64,000 nt of DNA from Novakomyces olei (lineage: Eukaryota): the NCBI GenBank assembly GCA_016906335.1, contig JADEYG010000007.1:2356001-2420000 (forward strand). Direction: 5' to 3'. The stretch's first letter is position 1, and each line of letters opens with the position of its first letter. The notes under the pieces are model-generated. The model worked only from the letters and a program-made list of their open reading frames with translations. It ran no database searches and had not been told where the DNA came from. This document shows, piece after piece, positions 27,123 to 38,278 of this stretch. A program made the translations under genes and the position numbers.

Positions 27123-28894
27123 ATGCCGTCTCTGTTCGATATCAATGCGGCGGCTGCTGTCCGGTTTGTTTTATATGTAAAAATTCTGCAACTAACGCTG
27201 AATAGAAACTACAATATTCATCCGCGCCTGTCGTACAACACCGTTTCTGGCGTCACCGGTCCGTTGATTGTGCTGGAGTATGTCCCTCAAATTCGTATGA
27301 CAATGCTAACGCTGTATAGTAACGTGCGGTATCCAAAGTACAATGAGATTGTCGAATTGACTCTGCCGGTAAGCATCCTGACCAATTGCTTATACGTCTA
27401 AACTCACGGGCTAAATGGTTTACAGGATGGATCTCTTCGAGCGGGCCAAGTGTTGGAGGTGCAGGGCAAACGTGCCGTCGTACAAGTGTTTGAAGGCACG
27501 TCTGGAGTGGTATGGCGAGCTGACTGGTTTTTGCTTCACATAGAGGACAATATAAAAAGCATTGTATACTAAATCACTAGGATGTTAAAAAAACAAGGGT
27601 GCGGTTCTCCGGCTCTAGTCTCAAGATCCCCGTCTCTGAGGACATGCTGGGCCGTATCTTCAACGGATCTGGGCAGCCTATTGACCGTGGACCAAAGGTA
27701 TTTGCGGAGGATTATCTGGATATTAATGGATCTCCTATCAATCCCTATTCTCGCATCTACCCAGAGGAAATGATTCAGACGGGTATATCCTCAATCGACG
27801 GACTAAGCTCGATTGCACGTGGTCAAAAAATCCCTATTTTCTCGGCTGCTGGTCTGCCACATAACGAAATTGCTGCTCAAATTTGCAGACAAGCTGGTCT
27901 GGTTAAAAAGCCAACAAAGGACGTTCACGATGGCCACGAGGACAATTTCTCTATTGTATTTGCTGCCATGGGTGTAAATTTGGAGACTGCAAGATTTTTC
28001 CGACAAGATTTCGAGGAGAATGGCTCTTTGGAAAAGGTGACACTCTTCCTCAATCTCGCCAATGATCCTACAATTGAGCGTATCATTACACCTCGTCTTG
28101 CTCTTACTACAGCAGAGTACTATGCCTATCAGACTGAAAAGCACGTACTTGTCATCATGTCCGACATGTCTTCTTATGCCGATGCTTTACGTGAAGTTTC
28201 TGCTGCCCGAGAGGAAGTCCCTGGCCGACGAGGCTACCCTGGCTACATGTACACGGATCTTTCAACCATATATGAACGTGCTGGACGTGTGGAAGGTCGT
28301 AACGGATCAATCACTCAAATTCCTATTCTGACTATGCCAAACGACGATATAACTCATCCTATCCCCGACTTGACGGGCTACATTACTGAAGGTCAAATCT
28401 TTGTGGATCGTGCTCTGTACAATCGCGGCATTTACCCGCCCATCAATGTACTGCCCTCACTTTCGCGTCTCATGAAATCGGCCATTGGTGAAGGCCTGAC
28501 CCGACGTGATCATGGCGATGTTTCGAACCAGCTTTACGCTAAATACGCTATTGGACGTGATGCTGCTTCAATGAAGTCTGTGGTCGGCGAGGACGCTTTG
28601 TCTCACGAAGACAAGCTGTCGCTCGAGTTTTTGGACAAGTTTGAGCATCAGTTTATCAATCAAGGCGCTTATGAAACGCGTACAATTGAGGAAACACTAG
28701 ACCTGGCCTGGTCACTGCTTCGTATTTTCCCGAGGGACATGCTTTCACGTATTCCGGCTAAGGTTCTAGATGAATTTTATGCCCGTAAACCCGCAGCACA
28801 AGGTGATAAACGCGGAAACAAGGATACACGTGATAACACTGAGACTGATGGGCCCACTGCCTCGTCGTCTGAGGGCAATTTGATCGATACATAG
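27123..28894 (+). CDS. VMA2: V-ATPase V1 subunit B, 5 exons
   Basis: [59 protein letters not shown]; four 5' introns. Confidence 0.98.
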
Positions 28895-29586
28895 GCCCTC
28901 GTTCATACATAGGCCCTCGTTCATCTATTGTTCATGTAATAAAGTGGGTCTCGGATTGGCATGCTTTTTGCAATAAGTGAGGCCTATCAAGAGACACGGG
29001 TTGCGAATAAAGGCCTGCAAGTTTTATTGCGCAGTCTTGCTATAGAAGCCTGTCAAAACTTAAAAACAGTATGCGAGATAGTTGCGGGCGTAGGATACGA
29101 GGCCAGCAATACGTATTTGTTACAAAAGAATAACGTGAATGTGTTTTATTATCATGACTGCCGCTTGAGCCATTAGCAAGAACAGTAGATTTAGTATATG
29201 ATATATGTAGCAAAGTTGTCTGTAGTGGCATTCTATACGTTGCAGTGAAAAGGAGGGAAAGTAGATGAATACGCCTTCCGTATATTCAATGTTTAAATCG
29301 CAGCGCGTTTAAACTCGTACGCCTCTTACAATTATCGGTACAGACCGACACTTGAAAACGGCATTTCTGTTTTACAATCTTACTTTGCACTGTATTTTTC
29401 TTTTACTTATTCTACAGACAGCAATATACAAAGATAATGATGTATGTATAGAAAAATGTATTTTTAGATATGTAACGATAACTTTTATAATAAAAAAGCC
29501 AAAACAAATATTAAGCACATACTACAACAGAGTATAATATTTAAAAATGAATAAAGTTCAAGATTATCGACTCCATCAGAATCGGC

Positions 29587-32110
29587 ATGGCTGAAAACCT
29601 TCGTAGTGTATTTGCACAGGCAAAGCGCGAGGGCCGCAATGCCCTCGTCTCGTTTATCACCTGCGGGTTCCCGACGCTGGAAGATACGGTAGATATCTTG
29701 CTTGGTCTCGAGGCCGGTGGAACAGATATAATCGAGCTCGGAGTACCTTTTACTGACGCTCTGGCCGATGGTCCCACCATCTGCAAGGCCAATGATGTAA
29801 GCTTTGACGTGAAGAAATTGGAGACAAGAAAATGGGAAAAGACGGGCATTGAAAAGACGACGCGTACAAGGATCAAAACGAAACAAATTGAAGTCCAGTA
29901 TTTTCAAACCGAGATGAAGAATAATTTAAATCAAAAAATAATTTAAATCAAAAAATAATTTAAAAAAATAATTTAAAAAAAAATAAATAAATAAATAAAA
30001 AGCGAAATACAAAACGAACCAATTGCAAATTCGATCATGTTCTAACCAATTCTAATACTAGATCGCGCTGGAAAACGGAGTCACACTGCCCATCTGCTTG
30101 GATGTAGTGAAATCTGCACGGGCCCGTGGCTTATCTGCCCCCGTAGTGCTTATGGGCTACTATAATCCACTATTAATGTATGGCGAAGAACGAATAATTG
30201 CGGACACTCGGGCCGCTGGAGCCAATGGTTTCATTGTAGTGGATTTGCCACCGGAGGAGGCAGTTCGGTTCCGTGAGTACTGTACGCGTGACGGCTTGTC
30301 TTATGTGCCTCTAATTGCTCCCTCCACCTCGGACAAGCGCATAGAACTGCTTACTCGTATAGCTGACAGCTTTATATACGTTGTTTCGCGTATGGGCACT
30401 ACTGGCAGCAGTGCAACAGGTACAATGAGCGCTTCACTGCCTGAGCTGTGTGAGCGGATTCGTCGGCACTCGGGCGAAAAGCCAATTGCTGTCGGCTTTG
30501 GAGTGGCCACTCGTGACCATTTCCTGAGTGTCGGCAGTATAGCCGATGGAGTCGTGATTGGGTCCAGGATTATTTCTGTGATTCTGGAGGCTAAAGCCAA
30601 GGGGCAAAAAGCAGCAGCAGCAGCGCAAGAGTACATTTCCGAAATAACGCTTCGAGGAAACCCCACAGAGGCAAAGCAGACGCGTGATATCGGGATGGTA
30701 GAGTCGATTGCGGTAGCGAGAAACACGACTGTGCCCACTCCGACCGCTGTCGTCAGTGATGGACATACAAACGGAACTGAAAATAATAAGAATAAAAAAG
30801 TTAAAATCTCTAACGGAGAAGAGGCATTGCCAGACGGAAGCGCAGCACCAGACTATGCGTCTACCCTGCTCGACAGCGCCAAACTTCAAGTAGAATCTGC
30901 CCAGTTTATCCCACCAAGGTTCGGAGAGTTTGGTGGGCAATACGTGCCCGAGAGTCTGATGGACTGCCTGGCAGAACTGGAGGAGGCCTTCAACAGTGCC
31001 AACAACGACCCTGCCTTTTGGGAAGAGTTCCGGTCATACTACGACTACATGGGCCGGCCCAGTCATTTACACGTGGCTGACCGGCTAACGGAGCACGTTG
31101 GTGGAGCACGTATCTGGCTGAAGCGGGAGGACCTGAACCACACAGGCTCACATAAAATAAACAATGCCATTGGCCAAGTGCTGATTGCTCGCAGACTCGG
31201 GAAAACCCGGGTTCTGGCGGAGACAGGAGCCGGCCAGCACGGAGTGGCTACCGCCACTGCCGCTGCTAAATTCGGGTTGCAGTGTACAGTTTATATGGGG
31301 GCAGAGGATGTGAGAAGGCAGGCGCTCAATGTTTTCCGTATGAAACTGCTCGGAGCGCAGGTCGTGGCAGTCGAGTCCGGCACGAAAACTCTACGCGACG
31401 CTGTCAACGAGGCGATGCGTGCTTGGGTCACTAACCTGTCAACTACGCACTACGTCATTGGCTCGGCTATCGGCCCACATCCCTTCCCGACACTGGTCCG
31501 CACGTTCCAAAGCGTGATTGGCCAGGAGACCAGGGAGCAGTTACTTGCCAAGGCGAGCAAGTTACCGGACGCGGTGATCGCTTGCGTGGGCGGAGGCAGT
31601 AACAGTGCGGGCATGTTTTACCCCTTTGCGCGGGATGAAAGTGTCAGGCTGATTGGCGTTGAAGCTGGTGGAGAGGGCGTTGATACGGATGGCCGTCACG
31701 GAGCCACTTTGTCCCGCGGGACAAAGGGCGTCTTTCACGGAGTCAGGACTTATATATTGCAGGACGATGAAGGGCAGATACTGCCGACACATTCAATCTC
31801 TGCCGGCCTTGATTACCCGGGCGTCGGGCCTGAGCTGGCGATGTGGAAGGATATGAACCGTGCCGAGTTTATCTACGCCCTCGACCACGAAGCGTTCCAG
31901 GGGTTCAAGGATCTGTCTCAATTGGAAGGGATAATCCCGGCCCTTGAATCCTCCCACGCTATTTACGGTGGCATGAAGGTGGCTGCGAGTATGCGACCCG
32001 ACCAGGATATCGTTATCTGCCTGTCTGGAAGGGGGGATAAGGACGTGCAAACAGTAGCGGAAGAACTGCCAAAGCTCGGGCCCAAGATTGGCTGGGATTT
32101 GCGGTTCTAG
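29587..32110 (+). CDS. TRP5: Fused tryptophan synthase alpha-beta, 2 exons
   Basis: [63 protein letters not shown]; intron 29797-30061. Confidence 0.98.
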
Positions 32111-32655
32111 TTCTGCAGAGATTAGTCGATCACGGACGCAAGTGGAAACTTTTTGGCAACTAAAACTCCAACTCGTCAATTTAAATTTAAATCGAGTAGT
32201 CTGAAAAGTTATATTTGCGAAATAATATTTATATTATACTGTAATCACATAACAAATTATTGATTTTGCGGCGTAATGCACGCCGGAATATGCATTGTCT
32301 TTCTCACAGATCGCTTTTGTTTAGACAAAAATCTACTGGTTTATATGTGAAGAAACGGTTTAAAAGTATCAATATTTTATTTTATATAAACTGCGCTGGG
32401 TTCCCTAAAGTTTTTCAAATAAAAATCCCATAATGACTGCTCGAGTACCCAAAGACTCGTGTCATTAACCCAACCAATGTATCAAACGGCACAATGAGTA
32501 TTCGTGTCTATTGAATCATCATTGCGAGAAAACGTACAAAAAACATTTGCAGTTTTCTCTATATTTTTTTTCTTGGTCTTTTTTTTTTCTCTTCTTCTCT
32601 CTTTTTCAATTTATTAAAATTAAATCAAATTTATTCCACCTTTTATTCTTCCTTC

Positions 32656-34977
32656 CTACCCGATGTACATCCGTCCGAGATCTGTGAGCTCCCCGTTCCA
32701 GATAAGAGAACCATTGACACCGCCTATAGTTTCCAAGTCAGAAGGCCCAAACCAAGCGTACCGTTCAACTCCACTATTGCCGTCGAGGAAGGACAGAGCC
32801 TCCGTCATAAACTGTGCCACATCTTCAAATTTCGGCTTAATTGTAGGATCCCAGTTTGTATAAGCGAATTCTGTAACCCACACGGGTCGGTTGTACTTTG
32901 TCTGCCAGTACTGTACCCATTCTCGGAACTCGGAAATGACACTCCCGTGCCAGTGAACCGGGATAAAGTCGTATGCACAGCCGCCGTAAAACCTGTCACA
33001 TTCTTTGGTCCAGTCTGCGAACCATTGCTGGCCTATTGCGGAGTGTGTAACCGCCGGAGCTCCAAGTCGCATTTTGAACTCCGTGCGCGCCGGCTCCATA
33101 TAATAGTTCCATACATGGGCCGCCTTCGCGGGTGTGGCCTGTGTATCATCGTCGGGCTCATTGAAGCCCAAAATAGTTTTGGATAATAGGTCGCGCCCTT
33201 GGCTATATCCCCGCCTTAGAGTATCCAGCCTTGTGTAGGCCATATCGCAGTCCCTGACAGTGAAAACGAATTCCAACTTGCTAAGTTGTTGGACCCAATT
33301 GACACCGCGTGGTCGTGAGTCCCAGTGCTCCCAGTTGTATAACCACGTGATCTTACCGGCAGCTGCTGCTTCGGCAAACAGCGGTAAGTAATCCGATTTG
33401 GACTCCGGCCATGCTAGGCCACGTTTCTTGGAAGAGCCCGGCAGAGATTTGGGCGCTGTTCCAAGGATGGATGTGGGGGTTGATGTGGGGGTAGTGCTGG
33501 TGGGGGTTGATGTGGGGGTAGTGCTGGTGGGGGTTGATGTGGGGGTAGTGCTGGTGGGGGTTGATGTGGGGGTTGATGTGGGGGTTGATGTGGGGGTTGA
33601 TGTGGGGGTCGATGTGGGGGTAGTTCTGGTGGGGGTAGTGCTGGTGGGGGTAGTGCTGGTGGGGGTAGTGCTGGTGGGGGTCAATGCGGTGTTAGTGTCA
33701 GAGGTGGAACCTCTTGCCTCAGAGTTACTTGTTTCCACACTTGATCTTGTCGACAAACTCGCGCCATTAGCGTTCGCTATAACAGAAGAGGATGACGTAG
33801 TCGGGACAGGTGATTGCGAGCTTCCCCTGCTTGCTTGAATCAAGCTTGAAAGACTCCAACTTGCCCCTTCAAATAGAGAAGAGTTTGAACTCGTTGCTGA
33901 AGCAGTTGGCCTTGAAACCGTAGAGACGTCTAGGCCATCGTTGCCTCCAGTTGATGCAGCCACCAAGTCTGCCATGGACGAAAATCCTGGCGTTGAATCA
34001 GCATAAGCCGAGGTTGGGTTAGCAAGAGAGGACGTTGCAGAAGGGGTGGTCGATGGCGATACACTGGCTTGATTATTAGGGCTCCTTGATCCACCGGAGC
34101 TATTTGATCCGTCTGAATTGCTTGATCTACTTGATTCACTGCTTGACCTAGGGCTCCTTGATCCACCGGAGCTATTTGATCCGTCTGAATTGCTTGATCT
34201 ACTTGATTCACTGCTTGACCCGCTGTTCACTCCACTCCTCCATCCGCTGTTTGTTCCACTGCTCGTTCCACTGCCCGCCTCACTATTCGTTCTACTATTC
34301 CACCCGTTGTTCGAATCGCTGCTCGTCCCGCTACTCGACTCACTGTTTGTTCTACTGTTCGTTCCACTGTTCGACCCGCTAATCGCAGAAGGAAGAGCTT
34401 GTCCGTTCGCAATAGCAGAAGCTTGATATGCGACCGCGGTATTTGAGCCAAGGACACAAGCTGGGCACGCCACAGAGGGCGGTAGTGCAGTGGCAGGTGC
34501 ATCAAGCCCTATAGTGTACGAAACATATGAACCGTCATCCGTTAAGTATTGGCCATTCCGATAAATCACGTAAGCACGCCCAGGATGGCGTATAAGCAGG
34601 GCAGCAGTTTCTCTCCAACTGTCCCTGAGAGAGACAATGTAAGCGAGCGAATGCGAGACGTTCTGTTCGGCAACAAGCAAATCGTTGTCTATAGTGCGAT
34701 TGAAAATGGAGCAATGATTAATATCGTTTTTCTGCCAAACTTGGAAATATTCGCAGTCGGCTGCCAGTGTGCACAGGTATGCGCAAGCTTCTGGTGAGTA
34801 ACTCGACGTACGGAAACCCGCAATGAAAGCTTCGGTATCGCGAACAGCGATCTTATTGCCGAGGTCCAACGGTGGCTCAAAGCCATGAATGAAGACGGCT
34901 TCTGGCGCATCTGTCTCTTGCACGATTTCTATCTGCGCCACCGTAGCTATCATCGAGGCGATAGGGAAAAGGCGCAT
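32656..34977 (-). CDS. Secreted GH128 (Asl1-like) beta-1,3-glucanase with a Cys-rich N-terminal module and S/T-rich stalk
   Basis: Signal-like N-terminus; KRGLAWP, WLYNWE, LGFNEPD, PVHWH, VWVTEFA, VERYAWFG. Confidence 0.88.
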   Translation of the reverse strand: MRLFPIASMIATVAQIEIVQETDAPEAVFIHGFEPPLDLGNKIAVRDTEAFIAGFRTSSYSPEACAYLCTLAADCEYFQVWQKNDINHCSIFNRTIDNDLLVAEQNVSHSLAYIVSLRDSWRETAALLIRHPGRAYVIYRNGQYLTDDGSYVSYTIGLDAPATALPPSVACPACVLGSNTAVAYQASAIANGQALPSAISGSNSGTNSRTNSESSSGTSSDSNNGWNSRTNSEAGSGTSSGTNSGWRSGVNSGSSSESSRSSNSDGSNSSGGSRSPRSSSESSRSSNSDGSNSSGGSRSPNNQASVSPSTTPSATSSLANPTSAYADSTPGFSSMADLVAASTGGNDGLDVSTVSRPTASATSSNSSLFEGASWSLSSLIQASRGSSQSPVPTTSSSSVIANANGASLSTRSSVETSNSEARGSTSDTNTALTPTSTTPTSTTPTSTTPTRTTPTSTPTSTPTSTPTSTPTSTPTSTTPTSTPTSTTPTSTPTSTTPTSTPTSILGTAPKSLPGSSKKRGLAWPESKSDYLPLFAEAAAAGKITWLYNWEHWDSRPRGVNWVQQLSKLEFVFTVRDCDMAYTRLDTLRRGYSQGRDLLSKTILGFNEPDDDTQATPAKAAHVWNYYMEPARTEFKMRLGAPAVTHSAIGQQWFADWTKECDRFYGGCAYDFIPVHWHGSVISEFREWVQYWQTKYNRPVWVTEFAYTNWDPTIKPKFEDVAQFMTEALSFLDGNSGVERYAWFGPSDLETIGGVNGSLIWNGELTDLGRMYIG
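33470..33680 (-). repeat. Coding tandem repeats encoding (TPTS/TPTST)n
   Basis: gtgggggttgat and gtgggggtagtgctg units. Confidence 0.9.
34076..34220 (-). repeat. Tandem duplication of ~72 nt encoding SSSESSRSSNSDGSNSSGGSRSP twice
   Basis: Two near-identical adjacent copies. Confidence 0.9.
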
Positions 34978-36759
34978 AGTGAAAAATAATCAAAACAAAA
35001 GAAATTGCCAGAGCCAAATGGATATAGAAAGTTAAGACTTGCTTAAAAGCGTATACTGCCGCGACTTTGAACTCGGTAAATGTGATATTTAATCAAGGCG
35101 AACTGGTTTGTTCTGCAAACCCGTTACTCTCAAAGCCCAGCAAGTTTGAGATCTTTACGTTCTCTCAAAAACGAGGACATCTTTTGCATGGCCAGCTCTG
35201 AATTTATATATCTAATTCGCTTTCACTCTATTGACAGACGCGCTAATCGCGAATAAATTAATTTGTGCTATTGTCACCGTTTTGTGATTATAGAGACGCG
35301 CACTGGCCCAATATGGTAATCGTATCGAGCCATGTAGCTCTAACCGAGTTTTAGGTACACGTCAGAAACTCGGATATGCATTTTGGGGGGTTAGCTGGAA
35401 TGATTACTTGAAAAAAATGACGAGTATAATCAAGTATTATTGGTGTCGGAGAGAAGTTCGTATTAACATTTTGCTACTGGCTAGATTATTTTACTCTTGA
35501 AGGCTGGAATGAATAAAATGTTAGGACAAATTGGTAAACTTTTGGCCGAATCCACGCGCACAAGGGGCATCTTCGATCAGGGAGAAGGAATTTTCTGAAT
35601 TTTTGCAGCAATGTCGTGCGTTTCAGAGGCCAATATAGGCTAGCATCGCGCTCAAGCTGGGTCTGGCCACGTATAGCATAGCAAGTTTGTAAACAGGCAA
35701 ATGGAGGGTAAATGATTTCAGCAGGAATAGAGGGTTAAATGGCAATAGGTTTATTATTGAGCACAGTAACAATAACTAATCACGGCTGCTAATATTAAGC
35801 TATATGGCATTTAAATTATTTGAAAACTCTCTGACGTTATCGGGTGTCTACCCCGTGAAAGAGAAAAGGGTTTGTACCCCCGTTTTCTGCAACGCGTTTA
35901 GACTCGGGTTAAGGAAAAAAGGATATGTGGCTATACACGTCTCAAGGCCAAGGCCTTAAATATTTACTAACAATGAGTAGAGCTAGTTGTATTGAAAAAA
36001 TAGACACCGTTTGAAATTGGTGTGGCTATCATCGACAACTAAAGAGTCGGCATTTCGACAACAGTAAGACCAGGAAATCATAGTCATATATATTTTGTTA
36101 TATAGTTCTTAATGTAGTTTTCATATATCGTTAATTATATAGTTTATATGAAGGAGCCCACTTATACAACAAACCATCCCACCCTCGCGCATCATCAAAA
36201 CTACCTACCACCGCAAGGCACGCGATAAGGACTTTATACGCGGCTCTATCGTATAAAAATTCTATACTATTAACATTATTTAATTATACTATTCTTGTCG
36301 AGTTTTAAATTAGATTACAATAAACTCCTTAATGGATAACTATTAGAATGTAACTTTGCAAGATAATCTTCGTTACCCGTACACAAAATCGTCGCCTGCG
36401 CTCGATTAGCAAACACTGCAATCCACCTCTTCACTTTGGCAGCCAATGCTGATGCAAGTGAATTCCCCCAATAACCTAGCACTGATTATTACGAATTGGA
36501 AATTTCAAACGCAATACGAAAAACTGATAACATTAATGTACTATACAATGTGTCAAAAAGGAGAGATACTCCTGCGCTCCTGTGCTTGCGGGCTAAATAC
36601 GAACCACACATATATACAACCAGGGACGTATAAATATTTACAAAAAAAAGAAATCTGTAGATTCTTGCCGTCGAAACCAGCAAAGTTTCACTTTTTCGGT
36701 TCGGCGGAAGAAAAATCGAGTAAGGAGAGCCGTCCGTCCTCGTCGCCGTATACAATATG

Positions 36760-37330
36760 TCTCCTTCAATTTATTATTATTCTCATTCTCTGCCCTTTTT
36801 ACACTTTTACATCACCATTTTTACTTGATCCTTTTCTTATTTTAAATACAATCCTATATAATACTTTATAATATTATAACAATCTTGCTTTCAATAACTA
36901 TCCTTTTTCAACCTTTCTTTGCCAACTTCTACATAACACTATTCCCATTTTCTATTTCTATTTTCCTCTACTTCCTATCTCAACTACAACTCTCTCCCTC
37001 CCTTCATCCAACAATATATTTCTCTACTCAATTATATCATAAATAACCCTAACCCTAAATAAATAATACCACATAATCTTCTTACATAACTCCACTATAT
37101 TAATCCCCCATACAATAATCCCCATACATTAATACCATATATTAACACCATACATAATTCACACATACATTAATCCCTATACATTATTCCCCCATACATT
37201 ATTCCCCCATTATACCATACATTATTATACATACATTACTTTACATTATAATACCATATATTATTATGCCATACATTATTATACATACATTACTTTACAA
37301 TACATTATTCTACTATATATTATTAGACCA
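36760..37330. other. Extreme strand-skewed low-complexity tract (G-depleted on +) with CCCATACATT-like repeats and TAACCC repeats
   Basis: Only 5 G in 36760-37325 and none in 36922-37267 (hand count). Confidence 0.9.
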
Positions 37331-37761
37331 TTCATTATACATACATTAGATTGTTGAGAATAAATGGCGATAGTAACATGGACGTCCACATCGGTACAGG
37401 CAGATTCAAATAAGATTGAGGTGGAACACATTACTGAGAAATGGTTTACAGAAACAAAGAATTGGATTACGATTTTTGTGCATCAATAAACTTTAAATAA
37501 CCCTAACCCTACTGGTACTATCAAATCAGTGAACTTTAAACTGTAGAGCCGCCGACCTTGTCAAACTGGCTTTACAATGCCAATCTAACATCCTCGGGTC
37601 GGCTTTTACATACAGATACTATGTGATGATCCAAGTCCCGTCCAAGCCATAGTTCAATTAGTCTTGTATGATTGACTTCTATTTCCATTTTTCTTGACCA
37701 AGTTCTTCCAATGTCGTAATTGCAAATGCAAGACACAATCAAACTCGATATTGGTCTAATT

Positions 37762-38231
37762 TTAATGCTCGAGATGATAATGTGAAAGTTTCGCAGATCG
37801 GCGTCTTAGCAACTCTTCTTGCTCTAAAAGCATCTGTGTCTCCCAAAGTCTACGCGTTGTACTACGAGCAGGCTCGTCAGCCGCCGATGTTTCCTGCGGG
37901 GACCATGGGGGCGACCATTGCGGTATCATCAAATTTTCTTGTTTGGGTTTTCTCCATGTAGAAGAACCCATAAAAAGACTCTCATCTTCGGCCTGTTGTG
38001 TATAAATTTCGTCGACTGCTTTGGTCTGTGCAAGCATTTTCGCCAGCCACGATCGACACCTTGCTCTCGCTTTGCGGCTTTCTGCCAACATACTCGTCAT
38101 TGTTAGAAAGCCATGGCTCACTCCACGCAGCAGTTCAAGTGTTACATCTGCTTCTTTGCGAGACGATGACTTACTGGAGCTTTTTGCCTCGCGAATACGG
38201 CCGGCAAAAATGAGCTTGACATCAGAGTTAA

Positions 38232-38278
<47 letters not shown>

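Noticed and set aside
27123-28894. Alternative CUG decoding
   Set aside because: The CTG codon I checked sits at a conserved Leu position (VMA2 GPLIVLD); no sign of a non-standard code
28887-28925. 19-nt direct duplication at the VMA2 stop codon
   Set aside because: Simple local tandem duplication with no element between the copies
30690-30910. Long connector between the TrpA and TrpB domains
   Set aside because: The fusion and a variable-length linker are normal for fungal tryptophan synthase
37040-37760. Telomerase RNA with a TAACCCTAA template
   Set aside because: The boxes are duplicated, longer than a ~1.5-repeat template, and leave too little room before the convergent lipase gene; no pseudoknot or CR4/5 recognised
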